NCBI GenBank assembly: GCA_000004695.1
Contig: CM000151.3
Span: 192,001 to 256,000, forward strand
Origin: Dictyostelium discoideum
Lineage: Eukaryota
Length of the DNA: 64,000 nucleotides
Direction: 5' to 3'
Positions within the stretch are counted from its first letter, which is position 1; every line of letters starts with the position of its first letter. Under the pieces are notes generated by a model that searched no databases, was not told the origin of the DNA, and was given only the letters and a program-made list of their open reading frames with translations. The position numbers were made by a program, and so were the translations under genes. Shown in pieces: positions 1 to 18,442 of this stretch.

Positions 1-509
1 AAATTCAAAATATCTTTATTAAAAAAAAAAAATATATATATTAAATATTAATTAGTAAAAATAATATAAAAAAAAAAATAAAAAAAATAAAAAAAATAGA
101 AACCAATGATTAAAAACCAATTGGTTTATTTAAATAACTATAAATTCTATTATTCTATACTATAATTTTGTTAATTTTTAAAAATTTTATTTGTTTTGTT
201 TAAAAAAAAAAAAATTGTTTCTATCTAAAAATAAAAAAATAAAAAAAAAAAAACCGAAAGGTTTAAATGATTTTTTTTATATTTTAATAACTTTTGTATT
301 TTAAGGGTCTAATTTATCTTATCAAAATCCAAATAAAAAATAATAAAAAATAAGTTGAAAAAAAAAAAATAATAGTGTGTGAAAAAAAGCCCTTTTTTTA
401 AAATTTTTTTTTTTTCCAAAAACAAAAATAAGACATATTAAAATAAACTAATTTTTTTTTTTATTTTGTTTTTTTTACTATAATGTAAAGGATATTTTAT
501 TTTTTAATA

Positions 510-719
510 TCAACAGTAATTTGCAAATAGTGAAACAAACATCGAATTAAAACTTTCTGGCATTTCTTTCCAATCTCTTTTTGCATTCATGAATGCATTG
601 TAAACAGCAGAACAATCTTGGATATCAATTTTGCAAACCCCGCCATTGGCTTCATTAATTTCACCCAACACAAAAGAAAGAGTAATAATAAGTAAAATAA
701 AAATAATAATTTTATTCAT
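510..719 (-). CDS. Small secreted Cys-containing peptide, 69 aa, hypothetical
   Basis: There is a real ATG at 717-719 on the minus strand. The N-terminal stretch MNKIIIFILLIITLSFVLG is hydrophobic and signal-peptide-like, and the mature part has 4 Cys. I recognise no homolog. Confidence 0.3.
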   Translation of the reverse strand: MNKIIIFILLIITLSFVLGEINEANGGVCKIDIQDCSAVYNAFMNAKRDWKEMPESFNSMFVSLFANYC

Positions 720-1219
720 TTCTTTATTTTTAATTTGAGTTTTTTTTTTTTTTTTTTAAAAAAAATATATTTTTTTTTTGTTTTTTTAAATGATTTTTAA
801 AAATAAAATAATTTATTTAACCTTTTATATTACTTTTTTGAAAAAAAAAAAAAAAAAATAAATAATTATGTTACCATAACAAAGATTTACTATTTTAAAT
901 TTATAATTAAAATATTATAAAATATTAGAAATTTAAAATAGTAAATATTTGTTAGATTTTTATTTGCCATCTTTTAAATCTTTTGTTTTTAAATCTTTTT
1001 TTTTTTTTTTTATAGCCAACAAATAAAATCATGACATTACATGAAATTGTTTTTTTTTTTTTTTCTTTATAGTCAACAAATTCTTAAACAAAAAAAAAAC
1101 ATGTGAGAATCTTTTTGTTTTTTTCATTATCACAATTATTAATATAAAGGTGCAACAAATATTCTTAAAAAAAAAAAAAAAAATTTAATTCGATAAATTC
1201 TCTTATAAATAAATTTTAT

Positions 1220-4196
<2,977 letters not shown>

Positions 4197-4707
4197 TTTC
4201 TTTTTTTTTTTTTTTATTCAATAAATAAAAAACTATCTTTTTAGAATTAAACCTTAAAAAAAAAAAAAAAAGAAAAATAGAAAATTAAATAATAAAAAAA
4301 AAATAAAAATAGAAAATGGAAAAATAAAATAAAAATAAAAAAATAAAAAATATATAAAAATATAAAAATATAAAAATAAAAAAATAAAAAATAGTGATGG
4401 ATTTTTTAAGTTGGGAAAAAAAAAAAAAAAAAGTAAATTATTGAGAGGTTTTTTTTTATTTTTAAAAAAACAGGTTAAAAAATCCGAGTAAAATATCTCA
4501 TTTTTTTGAATTTTCACACAAAAAAAAAAAGATCTTTGCAGAATGGAATCACTTTTTTTTTTTTTTTTACCAAAATTTCAGAATTGTTATTTTTTTTTAT
4601 TTTTATTTTTTTATTTTTATATTTTTAAATTTTTAAATTTTCATTTTATATTTTTATTTTTAATTTTATTTTAGTATTATATTTTAAAATATTAATAACT
4701 TTTAAAA
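4197..4707. promoter_or_regulatory. Shared bidirectional promoter region between the two divergent ABCA genes
   Basis: The two start codons lie 511 bp apart on opposite strands. The spacer is A/T-rich, with an oligo(A) run at 4509-4520 and oligo(T) runs at 4553-4570. Confidence 0.4.
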
Positions 4708-5668
4708 TGAAATATAATGCAAACACCTCTAACCAATTTAGGGCTATGGTAAATTTTTTTTTTTTTTTTTATTTTTTTTTTATTTTTTTTTTTTTTTAAA
4801 ACTAACTTATTTATTATTATTATTTATTTATTTATTTAATAGTTTTTTAAAAATGCAACATTTTTAAAAAGACAAAAATGTTCTTTAGGTGTTCAAATTG
4901 CTATTCCAATGGCATTAGTAATTGTTTTAGTTATTCTTAAACTTTGGATTGAAAGTCAAATTGAAAACAATAGTGGTCCAGTAGGTGATAGTAGTGGTGA
5001 TGATATTATGGGTTCATATATTAGTTATAAATTTGATTATATGCAAGGTTGGTTTTATACTATAAATCCAAATAATATAACTAATATTGGTTATAAAGAT
5101 GGTTATGGAAATGGAACAGGTTTGTTGGGAGGTATTAATCAATATGAAATATATTGGAATGGTAGTGATCTTTGGGTACCATATACAGTTGCAGTAGAAT
5201 CAGGTCAAAAAATGAATGATATGGTTTTAGCTCAAAAACAACAACTTGGTCAAAGTTCAATGGGTCCACTTACATTCCCAATTGCAGGTATTCAATTCAA
5301 CGAATTCAACCCACAAAATAATTTAATTGATCTTACAATAACATGTGAACAACAAATTAGATATGCCTATAACAATTTTGAAAATAATTTAATTTATGTT
5401 TTATCTCAAATTCAAACATCATTCATTAATTACCTTTTAAATGGAAATGGAGTTGTAGTTAAAACTCAAATTAGCACGTTACCATATATTTATAAAAGTC
5501 AACAATTTGATATTGCTTCACTTTTAGGTGGTTCATTCTTTCCATTTGCTCTATCTTTTGTTTTACCATTATTTATGTATTCAATTGTTTATGAAAAACA
5601 AGAAAAATTAAGAGATTTATCATTAATGGTAATTTATTTATTTATTTAAAAAAGATAAATATACATAA

Positions 5669-5710
<42 letters not shown>

Positions 5711-7668
5711 ATTTAGATGGGATTAAAAATGAGAAATTATTGGATTATGACATTTATTTTTAACTTTTTAACATATGTTGTAATTGTATCTGTTATAAGT
5801 TTAATTTGTTCAGCTGCAAAAGTATCATTATTTGTTAAAGGATCACCATTCGCTTTATTTTTATTATTATTTTTGTGGGGTTTATCAATGGTTTCATTTG
5901 CATTCTTTTTATCAACATTTTTTAAAAGAACTCGTGCCGCTTCAATTTTTGGTTACTTTTTTGTAATGGTTATGGTTAATTTAAATTCAACTTTATCACT
6001 CTTTAATACTTCAGTACCTGTATTTGTATGTATTAATTATAAATAATAATAATAATATTTAAAATTAAAATTAAAATTTTATAATAACATTTTTTTTATT
6101 TTATTATTTTTTTATAAAATAGTATTATTGGGTACCAATTTTAGCATTTAGTAGAGGTATTTCAACTTTATGTGGTTTATGTGGTAATGGATTATGTCCA
6201 CCATTATCACAATATACATGGGATTTTGAACTATCAAGAATTCTTTTTTGGTTATTCATTGATACAATTGTATATTTAACTTTAGCAGTTTATTTAGATA
6301 AAGTTTTACCTCGTGAATTTGGTGTACCAAGTCATCCATTATTTTTTATTAAAGATTTAAAGGAATTATTCTCAAAAAAAGGAAAGTATAGAAAATTACG
6401 TGATGGTGATGGAATTAATGAAAAAACAAAATTAATTAATGAATATACTATTGATGGTATTAATAATGATGATGATGATGATGGATTAATGGATGAAGAT
6501 GTAAAGAAAGAAAGGGATATGATTGTAAAAGGTGAATATAATCCAGAGGAAATGACATTAATAGTTCAAGGTTTAAGAAAACAATTTCCAGGTAGACCAA
6601 AACCAGCGTTAAGTAATCTTTATTTATCCGTTAAAAAAGGTGAAGTACTTGGTTACTTGGGTCCAAACGGTGCTGGTAAAACAACATCAATTAGTATTCT
6701 CACTGGTCTTTATACACCAACATCTGGTACTGCCCATATTGCAGGTTTAGATATTCGTTATGATATGGATAAAATTCATCAAGTAATTGGTGTAGTAATG
6801 CAATTCGATGTCTTATGGGAAGATCTCACCTGTGAAGAAACCATTCTTTATTATACTCGTCTAAAAGGTACACCAAAATCAATCGAATTTGAATCTACTC
6901 ATAATATTTTAAAAGAAGTTAATTTATTAGATGTTAAAGATAGATTTGTAAAAGAATTAAGTGGTGGTATGAAAAGAAGATTATCATTCGCTATCGCTAT
7001 GACTGGTGAATCTTCAATTATTTTCCTTGATGGTATGTATAATAAATTAATTAATTAATTTCAAAAATATATAAAAATAAACAATTACTAATACTAATAA
7101 AAATTTAATTAGAACCAACCACTGGACTATCAATTGAAACTAGAAAAGATTTATGGGGTACAATTAATGAATTAAAAAAGAATAGATCAATTATCCTTAC
7201 TACTCATTCTATGCAAGAGGTATTTATTTATATAACACACATATTAATTTTATTTAATCATAACATATAATTAATCTTATTTTTTTTTATTTATTTAAAT
7301 AGGCTGATATTTTAAGTGACCGTATTGCAATAGTTTCACAAGGTAAATTACAATGTATTGGTACTCAAACTCATTTAAAACAAAAGTTTGGTGATGGGTA
7401 TAGTGTTAGAATTGATATTCAAGAGGATTATCAAAATACTCATAATCCAACAGATTTAATTAAAAGTTTTTCGCCAAGCGCAACACTCTCTGAAACATTT
7501 AATGGAAGTTATGTTTATCGTTTACCAAAGGATTCAATCATTTCAGATCTTTACGAATATTTAGTTTTAAATAAAGAACAATATCATTTACAGGAATGGA
7601 GTTTAAGTCAAACAAGTTTAGAAGATGTTTTCCTTAAAATTTCTGCGAATGATGATACTGTAAATTAA
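4708..7668 (+). CDS. ABC transporter, ABCA subfamily, half-size (TMD-NBD); exons about 4708-4749, 4843-5633, 5717-6034, 6122-7041, 7113-7220, 7303-7668
   Basis: Exon 1 encodes MKYNANTSNQFRAM and ends at a gtaaat donor. Exon 2 encodes FFKNATFLKRQK plus TM1 and the extracellular domain, and the two exons join in phase. The LSLM|MGLKMRNYW junction is typical of ABCA proteins. The NBD carries Walker A GPNGAGKTTS, the signature LSGGMKRRLSFAIA, and Walker B FLDG|EPTTGL split by an intron. The C-terminus reads SLEDVFLKISANDDTVN, with the stop codon at 7666-7668. Confidence 0.85.
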
Positions 7669-7740
7669 AAAAAAAAATATTTAGAAAAAAAAAAATAAAA
7701 AAATAAAAAATAAAATAATGCATTATTATTTATTTAAAAT

Positions 7741-7759
7741 TTATAAAAATAATAAATAA

Positions 7760-7806
<47 letters not shown>
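7741..7806. repeat. (AAAT)n / (TAAA)n microsatellite
   Basis: About 16 tandem units, seen directly. Confidence 0.8.
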
Positions 7807-8126
7807 ATACATTTTGTTTAGTTTTTATTTTATTTTATTTTATTTGTAATTAAATTAAAAAGTAGTATCATCGTCATCATTATTATTATTATTATTATTA
7901 ACAATAACTTCTGATGGAGTATCTTCTATTTCTTGAATAATTGGATCAGGGTTTAATGATTGATCATTATTTTGTATTTCTGTTGTGGCTTCGTTATTAT
8001 CAGTTAAAATATCAGTGGTGGTTTCGTTATCATCTTTTAAAATATTGGTGATTTCATTTTCCTGCTTTTCTACGACTACTGGATCTGGTTGTACGATTTT
8101 ATCCTCATTCTCTAAAGATTGATCTT

Positions 8127-10858
<2,732 letters not shown>

Positions 10859-10937
10859 TATAATAAAACTTTATGGTGAAGTTTTTGAAGTTTTGACATT
10901 ATAAAAAAAAAAAATTATTAAAATTTGGACTTTCTTG

Positions 10938-10974
<37 letters not shown>

Positions 10975-11607
10975 CATTTTTTTTTATTTTTTTTTAGGTA
11001 GCACAAATTGATATAAAATATTAAAAAAATGATTGAAATCATTCTGTTTTTTTTTTTTTTTTTAATTTTCAAAATCTAAAATCTTATATTATTGGATTTT
11101 TTGTGATTTAAATTAGTTGGAAACCTATGGGTTTAATATAATATATATTCATATCTTTTTTTTTTTTTTTTTTTTTTTTGTATTAACCCACAAAAAAAAA
11201 AAATACAATTAAATGGTAGTGGAACACCCAAAAAAAAGTTAAAGATAAAGATAAAAATTTTGATCAGAAAAAAGTCTTTTTTTTTTTGCGAATTCCCTCA
11301 TTAAAATTAAAAAAAAAAAAAGAAAAATAAAAAAGAAAAAAAGAAAAATTATTCAGAAATTGTTATTTAATTTTTAAACAATAAAATAACTGTTTAAAAT
11401 TAGTTTTTTTATTGTTTTGGTTAAATAAATTGTTTTTTTAATGAAAAAAATTCAATAGTTGTAGGTTTTTGTTGCAGGGCAAAAAGAAAAAAATTAACAG
11501 CTAGAATATCAGATGATTTAGAAAATAGGATATTGGAGGTCAAATGTTCAAAGTCATAAGTTCAACAATTTGGTAAATCAAATTACAATATATTCTATCC
11601 AACATTG

Positions 11608-11650
<43 letters not shown>

Positions 11651-11788
11651 AAAACTTTTGTTGCAATTTATTTAAGAATAATAATTAAAAATAATTAAAT
11701 AAAAAATAAACTATTATACAATATATTCTTTAATTATAATTAATATCAAAATTAATACCACTCTTAATTTTTTTTTTTTAATCATTAT

Positions 11789-12700
11789 TTATTTTTTTCT
11801 CTTTATTACTGTTGTGAAATATGGATTATTAAAATTATTTATTTCTTGGATATGTTCATCATAATTATTTCTATCTCTTTTTTTAATTTTAATTTTAATT
11901 TTATTTTCTTTTAAATTCATATTATTTAATTTTTGTTGTTGTTGTTGTGTTGAAATATTATTTATTAAATTTTTAAATTCTTTTTCAAATTCACCTAATA
12001 AACTGAATGCATCAAATTCAAATATTAATGAGTATAATTGTAATTTAAAAATATTATTAAATATTAAATTAAATATGAATTTTAATTCGTTCGAATATTT
12101 GAAATTAATTTTATATTGTCTAATTGATGTTAATGGTGATGAAAATATATTAACAAATAAATATTGATTAATTGAAATATGTTCTTTATGTAATTCAACA
12201 CTACCCTTAATTTTTTTTGTTGAGTAAACAATAAAATCACTCTCACCATATAAATATAAATATTTAATTGATTTATTATTTAATAAATTTGAAAATGTAT
12301 TAATATTTAATAAACCCATACAATCAAATTTAATTCTTTCAATTGATGTATTTAATTCTGAAAATAATGGTTTGAAACAGTTTGAATATGATTCTATAAT
12401 TTCTTTTAATTTATTTGCAAAAATTAAAAGATCATCATCATCTTTAAAATAATCATAATAACGAGCATATGTTCCAAAATCAAATGGATAATGTTTAAAA
12501 TTTACTGATGATATTTTTAAATTCTTTAAAGATTTAATTGTAATCAATGAATTGATCATTTCATTTAATTCTGATTTCATATTTTTTGAAAAACCCACAT
12601 TTGCAAATTCTCTATAGAATCCATGAAATCCCATTTCTTCAGATATGTTTGATACTATTAAAAGTGAATTAATTGGTATTGTAATTGAATGTAGATTTTT
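11789..12700 (-). CDS. Unassigned family-1 paralog, copy 1, 5'-truncated (C-terminal roughly 300 aa intact; 281-aa ORF from a real ATG at 12634)
   Basis: MGFHGFYREF...KIKIKKRDRNNYDEHIQEINNFNNPYFTTVIKRKK is about 65% identical to copy 4. The upstream in-frame segment DFKNLHSITIPINSLLIVSNISEE follows directly after a stop, so the N-terminal half is missing. Confidence 0.55.
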   Translation of the reverse strand, partial: KNLHSITIPINSLLIVSNISEEMGFHGFYREFANVGFSKNMKSELNEMINSLITIKSLKNLKISSVNFKHYPFDFGTYARYYDYFKDDDDLLIFANKLKEIIESYSNCFKPLFSELNTSIERIKFDCMGLLNINTFSNLLNNKSIKYLYLYGESDFIVYSTKKIKGSVELHKEHISINQYLFVNIFSSPLTSIRQYKINFKYSNELKFIFNLIFNNIFKLQLYSLIFEFDAFSLLGEFEKEFKNLINNISTQQQQQKLNNMNLKENKIKIKIKKRDRNNYDEHIQEINNFNNPYFTTVIKRKK

Positions 12701-13109
12701 AAAATCTTAAAAATAAATAAAAAAAGTAAAAGGCCAGATATCTTAAAAATGATTAAAATGATTAAAAATTTTAAATAAATAATAAAAAATAAAAAACTTA
12801 ATATAATTAAAAACTTAAAAATTAATAAAAAAAAGTAAAATGATCAAAATCTTTAAAATTATAAAAAATATTAAAAATATAAAAATAAATAATAAAAATA
12901 AAATAATTAAAATAAAAATAATGACCCAAATGATTAAATTAGTTTTTTTGTCATTTTTTTAAAAATAAAAAAACTAAAACAAAAATTTCTTTTTTTTATT
13001 TTTTTCTTTTTTTTATTTTTTATAATTTTTTTTTTGGTCTGAAGAGCAAATAAAACGAATAAAAAAATTAATTTCTCTTTTTTATTTTTTTTTAGTGTTG
13101 GTGTGGATT

Positions 13110-13660
13110 ATTAATATTAATTAATTCTTGAAAATATCCATCATAATTTGTTTTAATTTTAATTTTAATTTTAATTTTAATTTTAATTTTAATTTTAATT
13201 TCTTTTAAATTTATGTTATTTGATTGTTGTTGATGTATTGAAATATTATTAATTAAATATTTAAATTCTTTTACAAATTCACTGATTAATTCGTATGCAT
13301 TGAATTCAAATATTAATGAATTTAATTGTAATTTAAAAAATTTTATTTAATATTTAATTAAATATGAATTTGAATTGTTTTGATTCTACAAAATTAATTT
13401 TATAATGTCTAATTGATGATAATGGTGATGAAAATATATTTTCAAATAAATATTGATTAATTGAAATAGGCTCTTGATGTAATCCCATATTATTTCCAAT
13501 TTTTATTGATGAGTAAACAATGAAATCACTTTGATATAAATATAAATATTTAATTGATTTATTATTTAATAAATTTGAAAATGTATTAATATATAATAAA
13601 CCCATACAATCAAACTCAATTCTTTCAATTGATGTATTTAAGTTTGTAGAAAAATTATTT
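13110..13660 (-). pseudogene. Family-1 paralog, copy 2, fragmented remnant
   Basis: An 83-aa ORF (MGLLYINTFSNLLNNKSIKYLYLY...SIRHYKINF) is homologous to the middle of copies 1 and 4. Flanking homologous segments lie in other frames. The (ttttaa)n run at 13140-13200 corresponds to the KIKIKIK region of the family. Confidence 0.5.
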
Positions 13661-13821
13661 TTCTAAAATATAATTTCAAACAACAACAATGAAAATTAAT
13701 TTTTTTTTTTTTAAAATTTTAAATATAAAGTTTAATTAAAAAAATTTTCTATTATAATAACAATAATAAAATATAAAAAATATATTAAGACATAAAGCCT
13801 ATTTTCTTTTCTTTCTTTGTC

Positions 13822-13880
<59 letters not shown>

Positions 13881-14159
13881 TTAATCCTTAAAAACTAAAA
13901 TTGATTTATTATCATTTTATATTATTGTAAAAATAAATGAATCCATGGAAGCAAAGTGAAAAATTTGAAATTCAAGATATGTTCCTTAAAAACAAAATCA
14001 AAAGGAATTGATAATATAGCTAATGAATTGCTACCAAAATTAATTAGATCTAATTAAATTAGTATAATTTAATTAATTTTATACTAATTAAAATACACTG
14101 TATATTTAATTTTATACAGTGTGTTTTAGTGTAAAAATTCACTCCACCCTTATACCATA

Positions 14160-14760
14160 TAAAAAAAATATATATATTATTGAACTTAATTCTGAAAATA
14201 ATGTTTTAAAACAGTTTGGAAAGTATTCGGTAATTTCATTTAATTTGTTTGCAAAAATTACAAGATTATCATCATCTTAAAAATAATCATAATAACGAGC
14301 ATATGTTCCATACTCGAATGGATAATGTTTAAAATTTACTGATGATATTTTTAAATTCTTTAAAGATTTAGTTGTAATGAATAAATTGATCATTTCATTT
14401 AATTCTGATTTCATATTTTTTGAAAAACCTGAATCTGCAAATCTTCTATAGAATCCGATTTCTTCAGATATGTTTGATAATATTAAAAGTGAATTAATTG
14501 GTATTGTAACTGAATGTAAATTTTCAGATTAACTTTGACTATATGAAGTGGTTCAACAAACTCTTCATTACCATGAGTTTGACTTAAAACTTTAATCGAT
14601 TCAACTTGTTGACCTGAATTATGTGGATCATATAATGATGAATAATTGACATGTAATTGAGAGATCTCACCATCATCATCTTCATTAGACCCATCATAAT
14701 TTAAATTTTTACCTTTTAAAATTTGAATATCTTTACTGTTTCTCTATCTTCAAATAATGT
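14160..14760 (-). pseudogene. Family-1 paralog, copy 3, decayed, with in-frame stops
   Basis: The minus-strand translation gives ...RETVKIFKF*KGKNLNYDGSNEDDDGEISQLHVNYSSLYDPHNSGQQVESIKVLSQTHGNEEFVEPLHIVKVN... and ...DDDNLVIFANKLNEITEYFPNCFKTLFSEL, interrupted by stops and frame changes. Confidence 0.5.
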
Positions 14761-15143
14761 ACCTCCAATAAAACCAGAAATTATTTTTTTTTTTTTTTTA
14801 TCAAAACTCTTCAAATAAAAAAAAAATGTATATAAAAAATATAACTAATAATTTACATTTATTTTTAGGATCAAATATAATTTAGTTTCTATTTTATTTT
14901 GTTTTATTTTTTTTTATTTTTTATATTTTATTTCTTTTTTTTTATTTTTTTAGTTTATATTAAATTTAAAAACCAAAATATATTTTTATTTTAAATTTAA
15001 TATTCTTATCTAAAAAAAATAAAAAAAAAAAAACAATAAAATAAAATAGAAACTAAAATATATTTGATCCTAAATCTAAAATAATAAAATTTTATTAATT
15101 AAATTTTATTATTTGTTTTTTTTTTAATTCAATAAACCGATAT

Positions 15144-15179
<36 letters not shown>

Positions 15180-15385
15180 CATATTAATCAACAAATATTG
15201 AAAAATAGTATTGAGTTTTTTCAATTAAATTGTAGAATTTATTATGTGTGACTAAAATTAGGGTTGAAAATTATCTGCCCTATATTAATGTGTTAAAAAA
15301 AATTTCTATTTATATCTTTTTTTTTTTTTTTTATTTTTATTTTTTTTTTTTTTTTTTCACTATTTATTTTTTTCTCTAATAATTA

Positions 15386-17360
15386 TTATTTTTCTATTTT
15401 CTTTATTATTGTTGTGAAATGTGGATTATTAATATTGTTTAATTCTTGAATATTTTCATCATAATTAATTTTATTTTCAGTTTGTTTAATTTTAATTTTA
15501 ATTTTAATTTCTTTTAAATTTAAGTCATTTGATTTTTGTTGTAGTAGTTGTTGTATTGAAATATTATTTATTAAATTTTTAAATTCTTTAGCAAATTCAC
15601 CAATTAATTCATTTTTATTGAATTCAAATATTAATGAATATAATTGTAATTTAAAAATATTATTAAATATTAAATTAAATATTAATTTTAATTCATTAGA
15701 TCCTTTGAATTTTATTTTATAATGTCTAATTGATGTTAATGGTGATGTAAATATATATTCAAATAAATATTGATTAATTGTAATAGGTTCTTGATTTAAT
15801 CCCATACTACGACTAACTAGTTTTGGACAGTAAACAATGAAATCACTATCACCATGTAAATATAAATATTTAATTGATTTATTATTTAATAAATTTGAAA
15901 ATGTATTGATATTTAATAAATCCATACAATCAAATTCAATTCTTTCAATTGATGTATTTAATTCTGAAAATAATGGTTTGAATGAATTTGATAAGTATTC
16001 TATAATTTCTATTACTCTTTTAGCAAAAATTACTATATCATTAAAAGAATATTGCCTATATGCAAAAAAACCCATATAATCTAATGGATAGTGTTCATAA
16101 GTTACTGATGATATTTTTAAATTCTTTAAAGATTTACTTGTAATGAATGAATTGGTCATTTGAAATACTTCTGATTTTGTGTTTCTCAAAAAACCTGAAT
16201 AGGAATTTACATTATAGAATCCTTTAAATCCCATTTCTTCAGATATGTTTGATAATATTAAAAGTGAGTTAATTGTTACCGTAATTGAATGTAAATTTTC
16301 AAATTGATAGACTTTAATTAAATGGAGTGGTTCAACAAAATCTTCCTCATTAATTTCATAAGTTTTACTTTGTACTTTAATAGATTCAACTTGTTGGCCT
16401 GAATTATTTGGATCAAATAATGCTGAATAATTAACACGTGATTGAGAGCAATCATCTTTGGACCCGTCAAAAAATATATTTTTACCTTTGAAAATTTTGA
16501 ATATCTTTACTGTTCCTTTATCATAATACTCCCAATATAACCATCAATTGATAAATTATTAAAATATAATTCAGTACATCTCTTATCAGTACCATCATCC
16601 TCATCATCATCTTCCTGTTCAGAATCTGGACTATAACCTTCAGGCAACCAAAAGTCATAATTTAATTCTAGTATTTTAAATAAATTTGATATGATTTCCC
16701 AATTTTCATTTGATATATATTCATGTATTGTAAATAAAATACTATCATCTGAAAACCCTTCAATATTACCAATATTACCAGTTTCACCATTAACTACAAT
16801 TCTATAATAAAGTAATTGATTTTTTTCAAATTTGTTTTTAATTTCTTTAAAATCATCAACTGTAATATTATCTAAAAATAAATTGAATTTAAAATAATCA
16901 TTGATTATTGATTCTTTGATTTTTATAATTGAAAACTCTTTATTAAAACTAATTTTATTTTGTTTTTCATTTTTATTTTTAAAAACTATTTTATTTTTGT
17001 CATATTGATTTTGATTATTATAATTTTCAATAAATGATTTATTATTATTATCATTATTAATTTTTAACCAATGTTCAAATAATTTATTATTTATAATATT
17101 ATTTGATATTGTTAATGAAATAAAATTATACCACTTTTTTGAAACTAATATATAATTTAATATTTCATTTCTATTTAAATAAAATTTATTAATATTATAT
17201 TGATTAATAGGATTGTTATTATTATTATTGTTTTTATTATTATTATTATTTGTTTTATTTTTTTTGCTGGTTAATAAATAATTGATTATAGATCAAAATC
17301 AATAATATCTTGAAACATTTTATTATTATTATCTGTTTTAATTTTTTTATTTGTTGACAT
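15386..17360 (-). CDS. Family-1 paralog, copy 4, the longest copy; it carries at least two frame disruptions, so it may itself be a pseudogene
   Basis: A continuous ORF runs from about 16540 to 15386 (YYDKGTVKIFKIFKGKNIFFDGSKDD...MGFKGFYNVNSYSGF...KKIEK*). The N-terminal block SIINYLLTSKKNKTNNNNN...[66 protein letters not shown] lies in another frame, with a net +1 indel near 16530 relative to copy 3. An MSTNKKIKTDNNNKMFQDIIDFDL start exon at 17360 is again out of frame with the body near 17290. Confidence 0.5.
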
Positions 17361-17699
17361 TATTATTTGTTTAAATTATAAAGAGTGAGTCTGACCAATG
17401 AGTTTAAATCTTTTTTTTTTTTTTTATTCTTTTACCCCAAATTCTATTAAAAAAAAAAAAATTTATTTTGGCAAAAAAAAAAAAAAAAAAAAAAAAAAGT
17501 TGACAAAAAATGAAATTAGAATAAAAAACAAAATTAGCAGAAAAAAAAAAAATGTTTAAAAAACTTTTTTTTCTTTTTTTATTTCCAATCAACAAATATT
17601 GAAAAAATAGTACCCAATAGTAGCATTTATTTTCTGTGACTTACAAAAAAATGTGGGTTGAATGTCCCACATTTTTTTAAAAAAAGAAAAAATAAAAAG

Positions 17700-17815
17700 A
17701 AAATAAAAAGAAAAGAAAAGAAAAGAAAAGAAAAGAAAAGAAAAGAAAAGAAAAGAAAAGAAAAGAAAAGAAAAGAAAAGAAAAGAAAAGAAAAGAAAAC
17801 AAAAGAAAAGAAAAG
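17700..17815. repeat. (GAAAA)n microsatellite, about 22 units
   Basis: Seen directly; one unit near 17790 is changed to GAAAAC. Confidence 0.9.
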
Positions 17816-18374
17816 AAAAGAAAAAAAATAATAATAAAAAAACTTTGTAAGTCTGACTTAATGAGAATATTTTATTTTTTTTATTTTTTTTATTTTATCA
17901 AGACTCTTTTAATAAAAAAAAAAAATTTCTCTAATGACAAAAAAAAAAAGAAATAAATAAATAATTATATATATAACATTTATAAAGGGGGCATTGGTCA
18001 TTTTTTTTTTTTTTTATTTTTTTTTTTTTTATTTTTTTTCCATCCAAAAAAAAAAAAAAAAAAAATAAAAAAAAACAAATTTTCAAAAAAAGATTTTTTA
18101 AAATATTTCTGGATTTCAAATCTATTTTTTTTCTATTTTCACAATTATAAAAAAAAAAAAAAATCATTCCAATTACATTCTTAAAATTAATAATTTTATT
18201 AAAATATTTGTTTTTTTGATTTTTAAATATTTCTTGATTTCAAATCTATTTTTTTTCTATTTTAATAAGTATAAAAACTTTAAATTTTTTTTTTTTTTTA
18301 TTATCAAATAATTAAAAACTAAAACAAAAACCTTAAACTAATATTATATATAATATTTTAACATTAATTGAAAA

Positions 18375-18411
18375 ATGCCTCTCGCTTTAACCTCAAGGTA
18401 AATAATATTGA

Positions 18412-18442
<31 letters not shown>

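Noticed and set aside
4254-4517. 87-aa poly-Phe minus-strand ORF
   Set aside because: It is translation of A-rich promoter spacer between the two ABCA genes and has no gene-like features.
7861-8126. Open acidic minus-strand frame (VKDQSLENEDKIVQPDPVVVEKQENEITNILKDDNETTTDILTDNNE...) immediately 3' of the cog8 stop
   Set aside because: It lies in a different frame from the cog8 C-terminus, and there is no room for an intron between them (under 30 nt). It is probably 3' UTR with fortuitous openness, and is left unannotated.
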